Below, piece after piece: positions 33,984-35,855 of a DNA stretch of 35,855 nucleotides. The stretch is taken from the NCBI RefSeq assembly GCF_001194135.2, contig NC_068985.1, forward strand, positions 71,546,555-71,582,409, read 5' to 3'. A model generated the notes under the pieces. That model searched no databases and was not told where the DNA came from. It saw only the letters and a program-made list of their open reading frames with translations. Each line of letters starts with the position of its first letter. The first letter of the stretch is position 1. The translations under genes were made by a program, and so were the position numbers. Origin of the DNA: Octopus bimaculoides (taxonomy: Eukaryota).

Positions 33984-34375
33984 GTTTGCATTTCTCTAAA
34001 AATTACTGACAGTGGCATTGTTATCATTTTCCTTATCAGCAAATTGTCTGCTGGCTTTGTGCTTTGAAAATGTGGGAAATAAACTTTCCCTTACTTGAAA
34101 AACAAGTCAAGTTCAAGACAAAAAGGTTATCTGGCCTCAATAATTTATTCCTCTAACCCACTCTAGCAGGAGAAAATTGATGTAAAAACAAAGGAATATG
34201 TATATTCACAAACTCACAAATATATTATAGATATATCGGTGTGTATGAGTGATGGGTGAGTGCTCATTATGTACCGTTCATGTAATGCAAACAGCACCTA
34301 ACTCTTTATTGCTTTTGGTCATGCAGAACCATCAGAGCAACAAACAAATGCTATGTGGTATTTGTTCTGGTATTT

Positions 34376-34470
34376 TACATTCTGAATTCAAAAATTTTAT
34401 CAAGGTCAACTTCATCTTTCATCCATCCTGGGTTGACAAAATAAAGTACTGATCAAATATCGGGGCCATT
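34376..34470 (+). mobile_element. SINE family C central fragment
   Basis: ttctgaattcaaa...aaggtcaacttcatctttcatccatcctgggttgacaaaataaagtac. Confidence 0.6.
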
Positions 34471-35035
34471 CAAATCAGCCAATGGTGATGGGTTGTGCTT
34501 ATGTGTATGTGTGTGTGTGTATGCAAGTGTACATATTTTTGTGTGTGTCTATGTAGTTGTGTGTGCAGTATATGAATGTGTATATAAACACATGCTTGAG
34601 TGTGCATTTCATACTGAGTGACATAAGTATTCAAGGCATGACCATACAAAATTTTATACTTTTTATCCAGAGACTATATTATAGAACATTTTCTCTTTTA
34701 TTTAACCTTTTCTGTGTTATTGCTAAAATATTGCACTCTTGCTTACTCACGAGTGTAATATCACACTTTGAAAAGCGCCTTGTTGTTTCCTCGGATGTCA
34801 GCACCTCCTTGTTCAAACAAATGCAAATTAATATATTTGCGTGTTCAAGTGGAGTGTAGTGAATGATTGTTTTAGTTATTGAGCTTATGTACATGCATGA
34901 TATGCAGCATTAGCTATAAATATATCACAAAGTTATTTGGATTTTAAATTGCGTTTCAGCATTAAATCAACATGGCATTGGATAAGAAGTTGATTGGCAA
35001 TGAAGTATTAGAATTAATTTTTCTTTTTTCTACAG

Positions 35036-35154
35036 AATTGGATGATGGGGATAATAAGAAAGGAGAGGAATGTCTTTCTAGTAATATCGAAGGATAAATC
35101 ATTTTGTGAAGCTTGGCGCTAGTACTTGATTTTTGCATTGAAGTGATTCACAAA
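35036..35154 (+). other. Candidate 119-nt non-coding (UTR/lncRNA) exon
   Basis: Strong acceptor aattaatttttcttttttctacAG| and consensus donor caaa|GTAAGT; all three frames contain stops. No transcript evidence. Confidence 0.3.
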
Positions 35155-35401
35155 GTAAGTGAGGAAAATCATGAGCAAAACCCCCATGCCTCAGGTGGTT
35201 GTCCATCTGCAGAAACCCCTTCCTGCATCTGACATAGATTAATCCCTCTAAATATTAAAGTAAAGGGTCTCAATTAAAAGACATAAAGTGTGTCTGATGA
35301 ATGCTAAAGTGAGAGAAAGCAGGCATGAATGTATAAACTGTTACATGAGACTATGCATTGATACATTTTAAAATATTTCACAGCTAATTATGATGTTAAA
35401 A

Positions 35402-35590
35402 ATATTCTTTTCTACTCTAGTCACAAGGGCCAACATTTTTGGGGAGGGGAGCAGTCGATTAGATCGACCCCAGTATGCAACTGGTACTTAATTTATTAAC
35501 CCCCAAAAGATGAAAGGCAAAGTTGACCTTGGTGGAATTTGAACTCCAAACATAAAGACAGACGAAATACTGCTAAGCATTTCGCCGCCT
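35402..35590 (-). mobile_element. SINE family C
   Basis: gtcgattagatcgaccccagtatgcaactggtacttaatttattaacccccaaaagatgaaaggcaaagttgacc...ctaagcatttcgccgcc. Confidence 0.85.
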
Positions 35591-35855
35591 TACAATGTTA
35601 AAAATATTGCAATATTTTTTCACCTACTTTTCAATATTATAGTTTTATTAGACCTTATATTGTTTAATGTATTTCATTTAAATGAAATATAAGTATTTCA
35701 ATCGTTCAATAGTGAGTGTCATCTTTCTAGTGCTTTTTTTTTTCTTAAAAAAAACAAAAAACAAGCACAATAGTAGCAGTAAGTAATTTGATACATGTTC
35801 TATTGAATGAAATGAGATGGAATAGTCTGTCTGAAACTAATAGTAACAGTTCCCA

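Overview
AT-rich eukaryotic (animal) draft-assembly DNA with nine N gaps and very dense (TA)n/(CA)n/(GAT)n microsatellites. The interspersed repeats look like those of Octopus (coleoid cephalopod); this is inferred from recognising the repeats, not from a database search. I found no intact host protein-coding gene, no rRNA or true tRNA gene and no CRISPR. Almost all listed ORFs are artefacts of gaps or microsatellites. The window is a transposon graveyard. (1) A complete 3.6-kb Buster/Charlie-type hAT element (28666-32261) has perfect 16-bp TIRs, an 8-bp TSD (TTCTAGGC) and a decayed transposase. It is inserted into an older Tigger/pogo fossil whose reading frame rejoins across the empty site, and it carries a ~700-bp TGT...ACA fold-back element. 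(2) A Penelope-like GIY-YIG remnant is followed by a decayed type I hammerhead ribozyme. (3) There are RTE LINE fragments, a second hAT MITE, and about 30 copies of five or six SINE or retroposon families. (4) There are two perfect 21-24 bp hairpins, a diverged ~3.4-3.6 kb-offset local duplication and a few unconfirmed exon candidates. I do not see evidence for a wholly new biological system. The most interesting items are the nested transposon stack, the long fold-back element and the Penelope hammerhead.
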